Shown here piece by piece: positions 38,225 to 47,563 of a stretch of 64,000 bases of DNA. Source of the stretch: a virus. The notes below the pieces were generated by a model. That model did no database searches and had not been told where the DNA came from. It saw nothing but the letters and a program-made list of their open reading frames with translations. Each line of letters starts with the position of its first letter. Positions within the stretch are counted from its first letter, which is position 1. The translations under genes were made by a program, and so were the position numbers. The stretch lies in the UHGV virus genome UHGV-0179428; one strand, written 5' to 3'.

Positions 38225-41200
38225 TAGGATCTTCCTTTAATTTCGTTAACCTCTTGACGCAACGCTTTCATACCCTCTACTAACAGCGCAATAACGCCAT
38301 TGTAGTTTAGACGTAAACGTTTTTCGCCTGAAATGGCATCATCATCCTCAGACACAAGTTCAGGTAACGCTTCTAATGCGTCCTGAGCAATTAGACCTAC
38401 AGAAGTCTGCCAGCCGTCATCAGGATGCTGAATTTCGTACAAATAACCGGTTAGTAACTCTAACCGATCCAAAGCTTTATCCAGCTTCACCAGATTACGT
38501 TTGTTACGACGGTCAGAACGAATCTGTACGTCGTTAAACGAACCGTTACCGTTGCCAGTAACGTTATGTCCAAAGTTTACTTGGCCGTTAGAATTATTAA
38601 AAGACAACGGGCGTAATCCGTTCCAGGAACCCGCTGCGGCTTGTCCGGCGTCGGTTACTAAGAAATAGGTATTGGCACCGTCGTTACGTAAAATAAAACC
38701 GTAGGTACCGTAAGCGATTCGAAAATCAGGGTATTTAGTGGCCAATTTACCGTTAACGGTTAAATCGCCGCCTATAGTACCGCCCCCCGAAGGTAGTGCA
38801 CCCACTTCTGCAGCAGTTGGCTTGTTTCTCGTATTGTAAGCACGACGCCAGCCTGGTGAGTATGTATCGCCGTTAAATACGTAGATAAACTCCGCATTAG
38901 TGAGTGCGCCACCGACGCTCGCCGTTGTGGCAGTCGTTATACGGATCGTGTAGTTGTTTGTGCTATTACCGTTACTAATCACTTCTATAACGGCCCCAGC
39001 TAACGGAATAACACCACAACCCGTCTCGCTGTGTGGTATGGACGCACTAGCGGCATAAGCCCATGCACAGCGAGCAACCCACGATCTTGTGGTAAATGCG
39101 CCGTTATTTTTCAATAACGTCACTAGCTGTGCTGTAGTTATTGCGCCGCCATCTTTGCCAGTTTCTAACCAACCACTAGGCGATGCCGGACAACCTATAT
39201 CGGCAGGTCCTAACGATATATTTCTAGTGCCGTCAAATGCGATACCGTTAATGGTTCTTGCGGTTTGCAACTTTGTTGCCGTGGCTGCGTTTCCGGTGGT
39301 CGCCTGATTACCTGTTTGGTTTACTCCAGGTAAACTGATGTCTTTAGTACCATCAAAAGCTACACCACCTATATTTCGCGCAGTCTGGAGCTTAGTCGCT
39401 GTCGCCGCATTCCCCGTAGTCGATTGGTTACCGGTTTGGTTTACGCCAGGAAGATTAACGTCTTTTGTCCCATCGAAAAGCACACCGCCGATCTTACGTG
39501 CGGTTTGTAACTTAGTAGCGGTCGCTGCATTACCTGTCGTATTCTGGTTGCCTTGCTGGTTAACGCCCGGTAAATTGATATCACCTGTACCGTCAAAGGT
39601 AACGCCTCCGATCCTGCGAGCGGTTTTCAGTTTCGTCGCGGTAGCGGCGTTGCCGGTAGTATCTTGATTACCGGTGGCATTTACGCCAGGAATGCTGTCA
39701 CGGGCAGTATAAACTTGTGCCCAATCTGACCACGGCGCATCAGCCGTATCACGTCGACTACGAATATAAACTGGCGCGTGCGCACCACTCGTCCCCGACC
39801 ATCCGATTAACAGCTCGCCTTCACCTAGCGCAGTAGAACCACCCAAATGCAATAAGTTACCATAAGCGGTTGGATAACCGTTATTGTAAACTTCGTACAT
39901 CTGAATACCGGGTGTACCTTTGTTTGATCCAGTCAGTGCAGTAACACGTCCACGTCCTACCAACGTGTTGATATTGATGTCTCTAGACCCATCAAATTTC
40001 ACACCGTTGATGTTTCGAGCCGTTTGTAATTTGGTTGCGGTTCCCGCGTTCCCAGAGGTGTTTTGATTACCCTGTTGGTTCACACCAGGGAGGCTAATGT
40101 CGCCGCTACCGTCGAAACTTACACCGCCGATTAAACGGGCTGTTTTCAGTTTTGTTGCCGTTGACGCATTACCTGTCAATTCGCCCGATAACCCTTTTGC
40201 AAAGGTCTGTTTTTCTGCCCACGTATGCGCTGCATTCAATACGGGCATCTGGCGGCTAGTAATAGTACGTTTACCCTTTTCACCAGCGACGCGAACAGCA
40301 AAGAAGCGATAGTTAGCAGTAGACACTGTACCACGCCAGACCAACATACTCCGGCCAGTACCGGTGTCCTCCGACGCCCCTACAAGAATAGTGACCAAGT
40401 TACCGTCGATAACACCCCAATCCATTCCCGCAGGAATGTTTTTCATGGTATTCAACGGTGTACTTATCATCTGGCCAGGAACGAAGTCGAATGTTTGCCA
40501 GTCTAACGGATCGACCTTAGCAGCAACCCCACCGATCCCTAAAGTCAGCGGGAGTGAATAGGATGTGAAAATCTCTCGCCATTCGCTCCAGGCGTTTCCT
40601 GTACGAATTCGTTGGAACTTGCGACCTTTCGAAGTTGCGCCTGTACCGTATGTGGTATAATTTTGTTCAACACCTGAACCGTCTAAGCGTAAGGTAACTT
40701 CGCAAACGCCTAGCAAGGTTGCGCCAGCAGAGTCTGTTAACGGACTGTCTGTAGCCTCACCGGTAACACTAAAGCGACCTGGTTTAGTTAAGTCGTTAAA
40801 GCTACCCTTATAGTAGGCACCGTCTACCTGATACCCAACCTGAATCCAATCTTCCCACTGCGGATTAGACGAATCCCAAGTCGCAGTCAAACCACGGACA
40901 TACATCGTACCATGTCGTGTGGTGTATCGTTGCAACCGTCCGTAAAGACCACCTTCCATGACTTCTAATACGCCTTGCGCATTACCGCCCTCTTCAGGAT
41001 AATGTCTGTCGAACACCGCTAACGAACTGGACGAGTTACGCCAGTTACCCATGTGCTCAGCGCCGCCTAAGGAGTTCAGATCGATCGATGTAGATAACGG
41101 GCGTACACCGGTAGTTACCATTCTCCACGGTGACCACGGGCCATTAGTTCCGTTCCACGCACCTGACAACATACGGTTGTACACGTTACCATTACGGCAG

Positions 41201-42666
41201 GTAAAACGTTGCGCTCCACTGTAGTTGCCCGCTTTATACACTTCCAGATAACCGACTGCACCGTCTTCTGGGAAGTGTTTTGCCATCGACGCATTGGTTG
41301 ATGTCGACTTGGACCATGTTCCTGTGTAATTAGCATCTGGAGCAAATGTGTTAATATCAGCATCTACAGGCATTTCGCCACGGAAACGCAGATAGGTATC
41401 AGGAGATAGGCCGATATTGCGAGCAAAGGTTTCTTTATTGGGGATATCGGCACCGTTAGAATTTTTCTGTAATGCGCCGTTTGCTTTATCAACGGTGGGT
41501 TTCAAACCCAGGAAGTTAATGATATCCGCAGTTGACCCTTTCGCTAACAAGGATCTGGCAGTTTCTGTAAAATCGGTTAACTCGACTTTATTAGAGCCCG
41601 TGAAATACAGGAGTTTGTTTGCTGCACTTGTAACCGCAGCGATTGCGGTGAGTAACGGACTGAGAGGTTGTTTCTGAGCAAGCTCCTCAGTGATCGTTGT
41701 TGCGAAGTTAGGGTCATTACCTAACGCCTCTGCTAATTCCGCTAAGGTATTTAACGTCTCGGGTGAGGAACCAACCAATTCAGCAATCGCGTCACGCACC
41801 CAGGACGTTGTGGAGATGCTCGTGTCATTCGAGTCCTTCGGCGGTTTTGGTGTTGTCGGTTTACCCGTAAAATTCGGCGAATGTTTATTGGCTTTTAACT
41901 GTAATTCGTCGTTCAGCTGTTTAACAGTGGACGGCGTGGCAGCCTCCGTCACGGATTCGCTAGTCAGGGTATCGTTAAGTTTAACAATACCTTTACCGGT
42001 TGTAGTAGCGTCAACTAAGCCTTGGGCGGCGATTTTCTCCGCACGTAGGGCAGCTGACTCCGAACGCGTAGCTGCCCCTTCTGAGCTTTCTTTATCTTTC
42101 GCGACCTGTGCAGCAATCTTCTCCACTGCACCTTTACTGGCCTCAACTGAAGCCGCAGTATTTTCAACGCTGGTAGCCGCCTGTTGAACTTGTCCGGCCT
42201 GTTGCGTAACCGTTTCTGCTTTCTTAGTTACATCAGCCGCCGTAGCCGTCACAGATTGTTCGGATGTGGCGACAGCTTGAGCCTTCTCATTTACTGATTG
42301 TGAAACAGTATCTACGGCAGTTTTCGCTGCTAAAACCTCAGCGTGTTTTTTGTTAACCTCCGCAGTTTTAGTGGCAACGGTTCCCGCTTGCTCATTAACT
42401 GTGGAAGCTAACGTGTCAGTTTGTTGCTTCGCGGTTTCCGCTAAATTTTTTGCTTGCGCAGCTTCTGTTGCAGACTGTTGTGATTTGGCCGCAGCCGTTT
42501 GTGCATCAGCAACCGCGTTTCTGACGGTGTCAATGTCCGCAACGATTTCGCGGACGGGTAACTTATAATCTTTTTCGTCTTTCGAAAAAAGTAAAACGCC
42601 TTCGCCGATATCCCCGGTGTATGGACGCAAATCGTGTAAACGAATTTTCTTTACCGCTTTAGCCAT
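38224..42666 (-). CDS. long tail-fibre protein (about 1480 aa) with C-terminal intramolecular chaperone (peptidase S74-like) domain
   Basis: Start taken as ATG 42666 (MAKAVKKIRLHDL); about seven 37-aa repeats GNQ.TTGNAATATKLQTAR.IGGV.FDGT.DI.LPGVNQ; C-terminal segment SDRRNKRNLVKLDKALDRLELLTGYLYE...GLIAQDALEALPELV typical of self-cleaving chaperone domains. Confidence 0.85.
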   Translation of the reverse strand: MAKAVKKIRLHDLRPYTGDIGEGVLLFSKDEKDYKLPVREIVADIDTVRNAVADAQTAAAKSQQSATEAAQAKNLAETAKQQTDTLASTVNEQAGTVATKTAEVNKKHAEVLAAKTAVDTVSQSVNEKAQAVATSEQSVTATAADVTKKAETVTQQAGQVQQAATSVENTAASVEASKGAVEKIAAQVAKDKESSEGAATRSESAALRAEKIAAQGLVDATTTGKGIVKLNDTLTSESVTEAATPSTVKQLNDELQLKANKHSPNFTGKPTTPKPPKDSNDTSISTTSWVRDAIAELVGSSPETLNTLAELAEALGNDPNFATTITEELAQKQPLSPLLTAIAAVTSAANKLLYFTGSNKVELTDFTETARSLLAKGSTADIINFLGLKPTVDKANGALQKNSNGADIPNKETFARNIGLSPDTYLRFRGEMPVDADINTFAPDANYTGTWSKSTSTNASMAKHFPEDGAVGYLEVYKAGNYSGAQRFTCRNGNVYNRMLSGAWNGTNGPWSPWRMVTTGVRPLSTSIDLNSLGGAEHMGNWRNSSSSLAVFDRHYPEEGGNAQGVLEVMEGGLYGRLQRYTTRHGTMYVRGLTATWDSSNPQWEDWIQVGYQVDGAYYKGSFNDLTKPGRFSVTGEATDSPLTDSAGATLLGVCEVTLRLDGSGVEQNYTTYGTGATSKGRKFQRIRTGNAWSEWREIFTSYSLPLTLGIGGVAAKVDPLDWQTFDFVPGQMISTPLNTMKNIPAGMDWGVIDGNLVTILVGASEDTGTGRSMLVWRGTVSTANYRFFAVRVAGEKGKRTITSRQMPVLNAAHTWAEKQTFAKGLSGELTGNASTATKLKTARLIGGVSFDGSGDISLPGVNQQGNQNTSGNAGTATKLQTARNINGVKFDGSRDININTLVGRGRVTALTGSNKGTPGIQMYEVYNNGYPTAYGNLLHLGGSTALGEGELLIGWSGTSGAHAPVYIRSRRDTADAPWSDWAQVYTARDSIPGVNATGNQDTTGNAATATKLKTARRIGGVTFDGTGDINLPGVNQQGNQNTTGNAATATKLQTARKIGGVLFDGTKDVNLPGVNQTGNQSTTGNAATATKLQTARNIGGVAFDGTKDISLPGVNQTGNQATTGNAATATKLQTARTINGIAFDGTRNISLGPADIGCPASPSGWLETGKDGGAITTAQLVTLLKNNGAFTTRSWVARCAWAYAASASIPHSETGCGVIPLAGAVIEVISNGNSTNNYTIRITTATTASVGGALTNAEFIYVFNGDTYSPGWRRAYNTRNKPTAAEVGALPSGGGTIGGDLTVNGKLATKYPDFRIAYGTYGFILRNDGANTYFLVTDAGQAAAGSWNGLRPLSFNNSNGQVNFGHNVTGNGNGSFNDVQIRSDRRNKRNLVKLDKALDRLELLTGYLYEIQHPDDGWQTSVGLIAQDALEALPELVSEDDDAISGEKRLRLNYNGVIALLVEGMKALRQEVNEIKGRS
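39230..39700 (-). repeat. tandem about 108-111 bp coding repeats inside the tail-fibre gene
   Basis: Visible DNA-level periodicity corresponding to the 37-aa TATKLQTAR repeats; a second shorter block lies near 40010-40230. Confidence 0.55.
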
Positions 42667-42864
42667 GATATTTAATTCTCTATCTGGAGCTAAAAGATCT
42701 GGGAAGGTAAAACACCCCCCCAACATTTTTATAAGCGGACTATTATACTGGTTTTAATCCATCATCTTCTAACGTGAAAGTGATGTCCAATTCCGCGTTC
42801 TCATGATCTGGGTTTACTAAGTCTTGATAAAAGTTTGTTTTGGCCTCCGTTACCGGTAAAACCG

Positions 42865-43431
42865 TCAAGTTCCTGTAGCCGGGCTTTCCTCAGCTGTGTC
42901 GTCATCTGGAACCTCGAATGTAAGAACGGCTTCATCATCAATACAGAAGATTGCATCTTCTTCGTTTGCCAATGCCCGTTCGGTTGTATCAAATAACGTC
43001 ACCATAAACGCATTCATCCACGCAGGAGAATCGTCAGCAACGTTAACAGCAATGGGTTCGTTACCTAAGGTGATATCTGCAGCACGTAAATCTTCGGGTT
43101 GTAAGTTCGTTCCGCAGAATTCATTTACAACACCTAAAATGTCACGAAGGTTGTCTTCAGTACCGTCTAACGAAATCAAAATAGGTTCAGACGCTAACAC
43201 TTCGTCCGCATCCAAACGGTCGTAATAAACAACCACAGAAGCACCATCAGGTTTCCTGATTTTTGTAATCTCTGTCAGTGTGTTACGACGCGATGTGGTC
43301 GGGGACGGGTTTGCCATAGTGTTGCTAATACGGATTTCGTTTAGAGACAACCGTGAACCGTTATCGTGGTTGATTAAAGCGACCACCAATTCGGCTGAGG
43401 CCAGACTTAAATCAGGTACGTAAGTAGTCAC
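42865..43431 (-). CDS. hypothetical protein (about 188 aa), paralog of 36315-36833
   Basis: Probable GTG start at 43431 after GGGAGG (VTTYVPDLSLASA); conserved blocks shared with the paralog. Confidence 0.65.
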   Translation of the reverse strand: MTTYVPDLSLASAELVVALINHDNGSRLSLNEIRISNTMANPSPTTSRRNTLTEITKIRKPDGASVVVYYDRLDADEVLASEPILISLDGTEDNLRDILGVVNEFCGTNLQPEDLRAADITLGNEPIAVNVADDSPAWMNAFMVTLFDTTERALANEEDAIFCIDDEAVLTFEVPDDDTAEESPATGT

Positions 43432-43440
43432 TAAAACCTC

Positions 43441-43491
43441 CCAGATCAAAAAAAATAAAAACACCTACCGCCCATAGAATCGGGCGGTAGG
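43441..43491 (-). terminator. rho-independent terminator downstream of gene 43518-43892
   Basis: Hairpin CCTACCGCCC-GATTCTAT-GGGCGGTAGG followed on the minus strand by TGTTTTTATTTTTTTT. Confidence 0.7.
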
Positions 43492-43517
43492 CGGTCATTT
43501 TGCAGCTAAATATCAAA

Positions 43518-43892
43518 TCAGACCGTTAGTTCTCCACATAACTCAACATCGATACCGAACGTCATTCCCACTTCTTGAAGTTTGTTCGCCAGTAGGTGAC
43601 GATGACAAAACTTACCTGCGGGACAATAGCACATCAAAACCAAATCTTCGTGTCTAAGCAACGAGACCAACGTTTCGGCATCGGTATCTAACAGTCGTTC
43701 GAGTTTGTACAAATACTTTACCGTGTATTCACGCTCAGCGCCAGCGTCTTGGGCAGAATTTTTATACGCCATTAGGAAATCCCAGTCGGGGGCGAGTTCC
43801 TTTCGCCCTGACTTCACAGTGATATCCACTGCGTGAAATCCTTTTTGCTTAGCTAACCGCCACTTAGCGAGTTGTAGCGTCCAGATACGCAT
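43518..43892 (-). CDS. hypothetical protein (124 aa), possibly DUF488-like
   Basis: C-terminal LVLMCYCPAGKFCHRHLLA loosely resembles the DUF488 CHR..LA motif; weak. Confidence 0.5.
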   Translation of the reverse strand: MRIWTLQLAKWRLAKQKGFHAVDITVKSGRKELAPDWDFLMAYKNSAQDAGAEREYTVKYLYKLERLLDTDAETLVSLLRHEDLVLMCYCPAGKFCHRHLLANKLQEVGMTFGIDVELCGELTV

Positions 43893-44089
43893 TAGGAACG
43901 AGTCTGCGATTCAGCCATCAACGCACAGCTTCTTACAGCCTGTGCATGAAGCTCTGTACCGGGTGTATAATCCTTTATACAGTCCTGGTACAATTCACGT
44001 TTCGTTTCTAAAGTACGAGAGTCGTACTCGGCATTCGCTAAAGCCCCTGCAATAACGATAAAAACTACAATCGGCAACCAAATTTTCAT
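43892..44089 (-). CDS. small membrane-anchored protein (65 aa)
   Basis: N-terminal hydrophobic helix (IWLPIVVFIVIAGALA); paralogous to the next ORF. Confidence 0.55.
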   Translation of the reverse strand: MKIWLPIVVFIVIAGALANAEYDSRTLETKRELYQDCIKDYTPGTELHAQAVRSCALMAESQTRS

Positions 44090-44298
44090 TTCCCTCCTCC
44101 CATTCGTTTAGCGTATTCCGTACACGCCATTACTAATTCAGCGTAACGTGGGCTATCTACAGTAGTGCCTGACATACATTCACGATAAAGGGAGTCTCTA
44201 CGTGCTTCGTCAGACGTCTTAACGTAGAACATCAACATCGCTACAATCAACGCAGTTGAAACGATTGCTGAAATGATATATCCGTCATTTATTTTCAT
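44086..44298 (-). CDS. small membrane-anchored protein (70 aa), tandem paralog
   Basis: Hydrophobic N-terminal helix; conserved R..LY..C...T......A....C segment shared with 43892-44089. Confidence 0.55.
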   Translation of the reverse strand: MKINDGYIISAIVSTALIVAMLMFYVKTSDEARRDSLYRECMSGTTVDSPRYAELVMACTEYAKRMGGGK

Positions 44299-44815
44299 CT
44301 ATAAAGCACCAAGGTTCTGGATAAAAGTCTGTAAGTAAATCAACGTAAAAACTATGTAAATTTGTTAGCCTTATAACACACCCTAACAAATCGTGATCGG
44401 CGCGATGATAAATCACTACAGAAGTTTTTGATAATCGTTTAACATGTATAAACCCATCATCTTTTATTCTGCGATACAGCATCTTAAAATCGATTTCACC
44501 TACCGTATCAGGTTCACCTACGACGGAAAACCGAATATGTGGCCGTTCGCTACCTTGGGTTGATAAAAATTCCTCTGTCGTCATTGCATAAACCTGCCCT
44601 AAAAAGGATAGGTGGGGAATTACTTCTTTACGCAACTCGCTGCTCGAAATCTTAGCAAAAACCTGGCGTTCCGTTAAGTGCATTAACTCGCCTAATCTCC
44701 CCAAGTCTTTGTTATATCCCAAAAAAAGAGCCACTTTCTCGTCATGCGTAATAGGCGGCCATTCGACCGCCTTTGCCCGACGTTGCTTAAACCAACTCAC
44801 AAGTCGCGCTATCAC
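44285..44815 (-). CDS. hypothetical protein (176 aa)
   Basis: ORF. Confidence 0.6.
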   Translation of the reverse strand: MIARLVSWFKQRRAKAVEWPPITHDEKVALFLGYNKDLGRLGELMHLTERQVFAKISSSELRKEVIPHLSFLGQVYAMTTEEFLSTQGSERPHIRFSVVGEPDTVGEIDFKMLYRRIKDDGFIHVKRLSKTSVVIYHRADHDLLGCVIRLTNLHSFYVDLLTDFYPEPWCFIDENK

Positions 44816-44817
44816 GC

Positions 44818-45510
44818 TTAGTAATCCTCTTCCTGATTAACTACCGATTGGATACGCGTTGCGACTTCGCTAGTGTCCAGGTCAGTTTCGTCGACCTTAT
44901 CCACGAGCTTCTGTACTTTACGTACATGAGATTCGGTAACATCAAAACGACCACGATCGGCTAACAGCAACGTTACCATGTCCTTACGTGTAACCATCAG
45001 TTCTTCTTCAGGTAAGTGTAAGGATTTGTCTAACAGCCCAGAATGCATGAAGTTTTCCAGTAAGCGTTCTTCTCCCTGGTCGAAATCATAACGTTCGTTA
45101 GGTGCAGCAACAAAAGCATAACCGAAGTAGTTTTCTTCTGTCTCACGTAGCGATTTAATGATTTTGTCACCGTGTTGGCAGAAATCACTTAACGTGTAGT
45201 CGTCAAGTGTTGCCACGATGGTTTCTGCTTGTACACCGTTATCTGTTTCGTACAGATGCGCAACCCATAGTTTCCAGTTACGCGGTTCGTCAAACAGACC
45301 ACCGATTAACATATCAGTTGCTGCCATGCGCATACGCGGCGACGTTGTGAACTGGAAACCACGGCCCGCGTACGGGCCGATAGGACGAATAGAACTACCG
45401 ACGAAGGTAATGCGGTTTAACGCATTTTCAGCAATGGTATGCGCGGTACGGTTAGCAGCCGCTTTCGGGTTATACTTTTTGTTACGAGGTTTCTTTTGTT
45501 TGGTAGCCAT
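44818..45510 (-). CDS. hypothetical protein (230 aa)
   Basis: ORF with basic N-terminus. Confidence 0.6.
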   Translation of the reverse strand: MATKQKKPRNKKYNPKAAANRTAHTIAENALNRITFVGSSIRPIGPYAGRGFQFTTSPRMRMAATDMLIGGLFDEPRNWKLWVAHLYETDNGVQAETIVATLDDYTLSDFCQHGDKIIKSLRETEENYFGYAFVAAPNERYDFDQGEERLLENFMHSGLLDKSLHLPEEELMVTRKDMVTLLLADRGRFDVTESHVRKVQKLVDKVDETDLDTSEVATRIQSVVNQEEDY

Positions 45511-45992
45511 TATTTATTCTCAACTAATACTGTGTGAAATGCTTTGTAAAGAGCTTGACGTGTCTCAACTAACGCAGGGCGATTAATCAAGCACATGTAT
45601 CCGATTTTCCAAGACCAGTAAGAAGTGTCGTCGGTATTTAATCCATAGTCAGGTTCAAGATATACCAAATCCGTGTATGCATCTGGTATATAAAGACGAC
45701 ACAAACTAAGATTCCAAAAATTAGGTAAATCCGACTTTGCAAGTTCGGACATAACCTCCATTGGAAGCTGGCTTCCGATACCATCTGTTGCAAAAACGAT
45801 ATGCAGATTTCCAGGCGATTTAGAATACATACCGTGGCCTTCACAGCTCCACATCGTCGCCAGGTGCGGATGGTCGTTGATTAGTTTACAGGTATCACGA
45901 ACACCTTTCTCAATGTAACCGTTTTTAGTTGCAGACTGAGCACGCTCTTTAAATGACGCCAGTCTTTCTGCGTCAACAGAAAATTGAATCAT
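45510..45992 (-). CDS. hypothetical protein (160 aa)
   Basis: ORF. Confidence 0.6.
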   Translation of the reverse strand: MIQFSVDAERLASFKERAQSATKNGYIEKGVRDTCKLINDHPHLATMWSCEGHGMYSKSPGNLHIVFATDGIGSQLPMEVMSELAKSDLPNFWNLSLCRLYIPDAYTDLVYLEPDYGLNTDDTSYWSWKIGYMCLINRPALVETRQALYKAFHTVLVENK

Positions 45993-46453
45993 GACGGATT
46001 CTTCCCTAAAATTATCTCACGCATTTCCAGGTAGGTATCAAACGGCACTACGGTGTCTTTGTAACGCAACGTTACGTAAGTTACGAAGTGTTGCGGTGCC
46101 AGGAAAGCACGTTTTGGCGACCCGTCGTGGTTGTAATACTGTTTCGGACGATAGTTGTTGAAAATGTCTTCCCGTGGGAATAATGATTTCTGAATAACCA
46201 CTTCCCAGCGGTGTGGCGTTTCCAAGAGTCCAATACGGATCAGCATAGCATCTACCCACCGGCTCATGTTTTCGGTTAATACGAAACTGACGTGGTGGTG
46301 CTGTACCTCTGCTAACGCGACTTCGGGTTCTTTATCCAGTCGCATTAATACCGCAAACAGAGGACGATAGTCAGAATCGTACAGGTCACGGAAAGCGGTT
46401 TTCTCACGCTGTTTAAACAACTCAACAATTTCTTTAGATTCAAAACATTTCAT
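45989..46453 (-). CDS. hypothetical protein (154 aa)
   Basis: ORF. Confidence 0.6.
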   Translation of the reverse strand: MKCFESKEIVELFKQREKTAFRDLYDSDYRPLFAVLMRLDKEPEVALAEVQHHHVSFVLTENMSRWVDAMLIRIGLLETPHRWEVVIQKSLFPREDIFNNYRPKQYYNHDGSPKRAFLAPQHFVTYVTLRYKDTVVPFDTYLEMREIILGKNPS

Positions 46454-46498
46454 TTTCTTTTCTCCTAATCATTAAAATAGTCACAGTTGTAAAAAAGA

Positions 46499-47020
46499 CT
46501 ACGGGTTATAAGGCAGCGGTTTGCAATCCCGCTTTTTCAACTCCTCTACTAACTCAGGTAACGTACACCAGCGTTTAAATTGGTTGTTGGCTTTAAAGTG
46601 GCTAAGAATTTCCTCTACACGTTCAATAGACCAATTCCCTTTACCTACGTTATCTAAATCTTTACGTAGCGAGAGCGTCTCAATGGTAAACGCTAACTCT
46701 GAACTGTCCGAGTGGTCGTACAACAATCTTACTGGCGTGGACTGATGCAGCGTAACACGCCACCCTGACTCCTTAGCCCAATAGACATCCTTAATCCGAC
46801 CACTGACGTCAATTAAAGAGCTAATATAAGTCCATTCTCCTTCCAGTTTGTTCTCTTCGGCAGTTAATGCTTCTTCTAATCGCAAAGAGTTAGGGGACGG
46901 AATCCACCAACCGTACTTACCGTAATAATCGTCTATTACAGTAATACCTTCGTAATACAGATATTGTGTTTTTGTATTAACGAATATTTCATCGCCAATT
47001 AAGACAGCGTTTATCTTCAT
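46499..47020 (-). CDS. hypothetical protein (173 aa)
   Basis: ORF. Confidence 0.6.
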   Translation of the reverse strand: MKINAVLIGDEIFVNTKTQYLYYEGITVIDDYYGKYGWWIPSPNSLRLEEALTAEENKLEGEWTYISSLIDVSGRIKDVYWAKESGWRVTLHQSTPVRLLYDHSDSSELAFTIETLSLRKDLDNVGKGNWSIERVEEILSHFKANNQFKRWCTLPELVEELKKRDCKPLPYNP

Positions 47021-47505
47021 CGTAAGTGCTTCCTGTAAAACAAGTCATAGGTGGTCGAGCTAGATGGATCAATAGAACCTACCAATGGCATAATTTTCTT
47101 TTCTGATATTCCAGTTGCCCAAGCAGCCCGCGCAAAGTCGCCACCAGAACCCGTTGTCCAAACCGCATTTTTATTTATTACAAACGTTTTAAACTTATCT
47201 GCTACTAACGTCAACCAATGTGTTTCTCTAGCCGTAAAAATGACGATTTGATCGTATATTCGCTCTTTTTCGATAAGATCTGCAAACAGGGGCTCAACTT
47301 TCTTACGTTTATCCTCGTCTAAATATTTTTCTATAGCAGCGGTAATCGACATTTTCCAAAACTCGGTGTCCAGTACACGTTCACCCGTGTAGAAAACAAA
47401 CTTGTTTTTGTGTTTATGCAGTTTGGGCAATTCTTTAACCGTACCAGCATAATCCACAAGTCGGTCAGCTAAAATGTAATCCTTTGTTACTAATACCGTT
47501 GTCAT
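47017..47505 (-). CDS. HslV-like (proteasome beta-type, Ntn-hydrolase) peptidase (about 162 aa)
   Basis: Start ATG 47505 after GAGGTG gives MTTVLV (Thr after initiator Met, as in HslV MTTIVSV); GSGGDFARAAWA resembles HslV GSGGPYAQAAARA. Confidence 0.45.
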   Translation of the reverse strand: MTTVLVTKDYILADRLVDYAGTVKELPKLHKHKNKFVFYTGERVLDTEFWKMSITAAIEKYLDEDKRKKVEPLFADLIEKERIYDQIVIFTARETHWLTLVADKFKTFVINKNAVWTTGSGGDFARAAWATGISEKKIMPLVGSIDPSSSTTYDLFYRKHLR

Positions 47506-47521
47506 CACGCACCTCGAAGAA

Positions 47522-47556
47522 AAATAAAAGTACCCTCTCTCCAGACGGAGAGAGGG
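47522..47556 (-). terminator. rho-independent terminator downstream of gene 47564-47833
   Basis: Hairpin CCCTCTCTCC-AGAC-GGAGAGAGGG followed on the minus strand by TACTTTTATTTTT. Confidence 0.65.
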
Positions 47557-47563
47557 GCACTGC

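Noticed and set aside
42667-42726. N-terminal extension MLGGCFTFPDLLAPDRELNI on the tail fibre
   Set aside because: The homologous N-terminus of the 206-aa paralog aligns from MAKAVKKIRLHDL, so the ATG at 42666 is the likelier start and the upstream region is the conserved 5' leader.
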